A stretch of 64,000 nt of DNA from Paraspadella gotoi (lineage: Eukaryota > Animalia > Chaetognatha). The translations under genes and the position numbers were made by a program. The stretch lies in assembly GCA_051294375.1 (NCBI GenBank), contig CM119263.1:4759737-4823736 (forward strand), given 5' to 3'. Shown here one piece after another: positions 61,680 to 64,000 of the stretch (positions are counted from its first letter, which is position 1; each line of letters opens with the position of its first letter). Below the pieces are notes generated by a model. That model was not told where the DNA came from. It ran no database searches and saw only the letters and a list, made by a program, of their open reading frames with translations.

Positions 61680-62097
61680 GTCCTTCGGCTTGACGCAGGG
61701 TCTTTCTTGAGAGATTATAGATCATTTTTTAATCACCTCCCCTATCTCCCCCTCCCCTTCGGTCTGATGCCTTTAATCGATTGTTTTCTCTTCCTCCGCT
61801 GATTTTTATCGTCGCCACGAAACGCGACGCGTGGAACCGTCGTTTATGGCGGCGGTCAATCTGTGGAGGGAGGGGGTGGAAGAGAGGCCGGGATTTCTCG
61901 GCCGTCCCCCCCCCATGTCCGGCGCCGGGAGGAGAGGTAGGGGCGGTCAGGGGAAGGGGGCAGGAGAACAAGATGCGACCCGAAGTTACCAATGTGATCA
62001 GAGAGCCAAGGGGTAAGTTTGGCGCTGATGAAAGAAGAGGATTGGACGAATAGGTGATGTATTGAGAGAAACAAATTTTATTGTATTTACGATGGGC

Positions 62098-62260
62098 TGA
62101 TTGGCGTTTGACTGACAATTTGATCGGCATTTGATTCATATTTGATTGACATTTGATTGGCATTTTATTGTGATTTGACGGGCATGTGATTGAGATTTGA
62201 TTGACATTTGATTAATATTTGCTTGGCATTTGTATGACATTCGAAGGACATTTGATTGGT
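62098..62260. repeat. 11-bp minisatellite TGATTG(A/G)CATT, about 15 units
   Basis: Regular 11-bp period. Confidence 0.88.
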
Positions 62261-62597
62261 CCCTAGTTTATCTTCGTACCCAAAACTATTTTTAGATTCG
62301 CTTTTGTGATTTGAGAAAACAACCACAGTAAAAACGACACGAAAAAAACCACCGCAACAAAACAGAAAAAAAACCACAGCAACTCCAAGCGATATAAACG
62401 TAACCTTTAAAACACTCTATCACAAACAAAATCAAAACGAAGTAAAGTAAAGTATTAAAAATGAAATCGAAAATATTGAAATTCTCATAGATAAAAAAAA
62501 AAGTCATAACGAATTTGGTTTTCGATTTTAAAAACCTCATCTCGCCCTTACTTCGTCCTTACCTTCAGTCTGTCGACGCATGTTGCACCGAGAGAGA

Positions 62598-62641
<44 letters not shown>

Positions 62642-62774
62642 GAAAAAATTTTGTAGGTGGCTCTTGTATTGGCGGCAACGCTCGAGAGAGAAAAACATTA
62701 AGCCTTGCGATTTGAAGTAAACAAAGAATGAGTTAAGAGGAAAAGCGTATAGCTAAGGGAATGCTCTCTCTCTC

Positions 62775-62838
<64 letters not shown>

Positions 62839-63174
62839 NNNNNNNNNNNNNNNNNNNNNNNNNTCTCGCCATTCCCCCACCTGCTCCTCAACGCCTACCC
62901 CCTACGCCCATCCCGCCGCCCAAATCCCCCCCCTCCGTCGGGTTCTTTGCGCTCCGCACTTTTTCATCTTCTTTCCAAATTGTCGTGCTGATTCCGGTTG
63001 AATAAACCTTCCCCCCACCCGTAACTTACATTGACGAGCCATGAAAAGTTTTTTGTCAATTTTCTAATGGAAAATGTTTGGGGATGATTCATCCCCGAAA
63101 AGATTAGAACAATTTCAATTTTTGGGACGGTGGTGGGAGAGAGATCTATTTGTTCTCTCTCCTCTCTCTCTCTT

Positions 63175-63218
<44 letters not shown>

Positions 63219-64000
63219 TCCTTTCTTCTCCTCTCTCTCTCTCTCATGCTCTCTCTCTCTCTCTCTCTCATCTTTCACTTTCTCTCTATAGTGATAGTTA
63301 AACCTTTAGAATCAGTTGCTTCCTTCGTCTCTCTCTGCCTCATCTCTCTGTCTCTCTCTTCCTCAATCTCTCCTCTGCTCTTCTTTAATCTGATACGGGA
63401 AAAAAAAAAAAAAAAAAAACTCTTCACTCCACTCTTTCACTTTTCTTCTCTCCTCCTCTCTCTCTCTATCGCTCTCTCTCTCTCGTCTTCTTCTCTCTCC
63501 TCTCTCTCTCTCTCTCTCTGCTCCTCATTCTCTCTCTTCTCCTCTCATCATCTCTCTCGCTCCTCTTTCCCTTCCTTTCCCCCTCAAAAAAATTGTATTT
63601 CAGATTTTTTTCTCCTTTCACTTTTTTGTTGAGTTTTGACGCCAGTGAATTTTTGCGTGACTTTCTTTGTCGTGGAGATTCACTATTCCTGTTCGTGTTG
63701 AGACTTTTATTGTCATAATTTGCGGAATTTAATTTAATTTAAACATGATTTATGTTTATAAATTATTGGTACATAAAACGTGTTAATTGTTTAATAACTT
63801 TTTCTTTCATTTTGGTGAAAATTCTGAAAAAAACTGATGTTTGTCAAGATTTTTCGAGGGTACGGGAAAAACAAATAAATTATGAGAGGAAAATAAATTT
63901 TCTCTCTGTTTCTCTTCTTCACTGCTCTTTCATATCTTCTCTCTCTTCCTCTCTCCTTCCTCTCTCTTCTCTCTCCTGCTCTCTCCTCTGACATGCCTAG

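Overview
Eukaryotic draft-scaffold sequence, probably an invertebrate animal (inference), very rich in (AG)n, (GAC)n, (CAA)n and (AAAG)n microsatellites and N-gaps. Almost all ORFs in the supplied track are microsatellite artefacts. The one well-supported gene is a minus-strand TIA-1/TIAR-family RRM gene: exons at 45557-45632, 40762-40839 (5' end in a gap) and 980-1081, plus a probable linker exon at ~3915-4009. Most of the window is therefore intron. The introns are inflated by direct duplications, a triplication and fold-back inversions. These usually pair one clean copy with one indel-ridden copy and abut fixed-length 25-N gaps, which points to long-read gap-filling artefacts. The most unusual element is a ~10.3-kb microsatellite-poor block (20244-30580). 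It interrupts one copy of a duplicated segment at a site that is uninterrupted in the other copy. It holds heavily frameshifted fragments of several unrelated genes: a P4-ATPase N-terminus, two different ABCG-type nucleotide-binding domains, a tyrosine kinase followed by a SAM-like domain, a coiled-coil-like piece and unidentified exons. It may be a chimeric raw read, DNA from another organism, or a real gene-fragment-capturing insertion; sequence alone cannot separate these. No CRISPR array, rRNA, tRNA or intact transposon is supported, and I cannot claim a confirmed new biological system.
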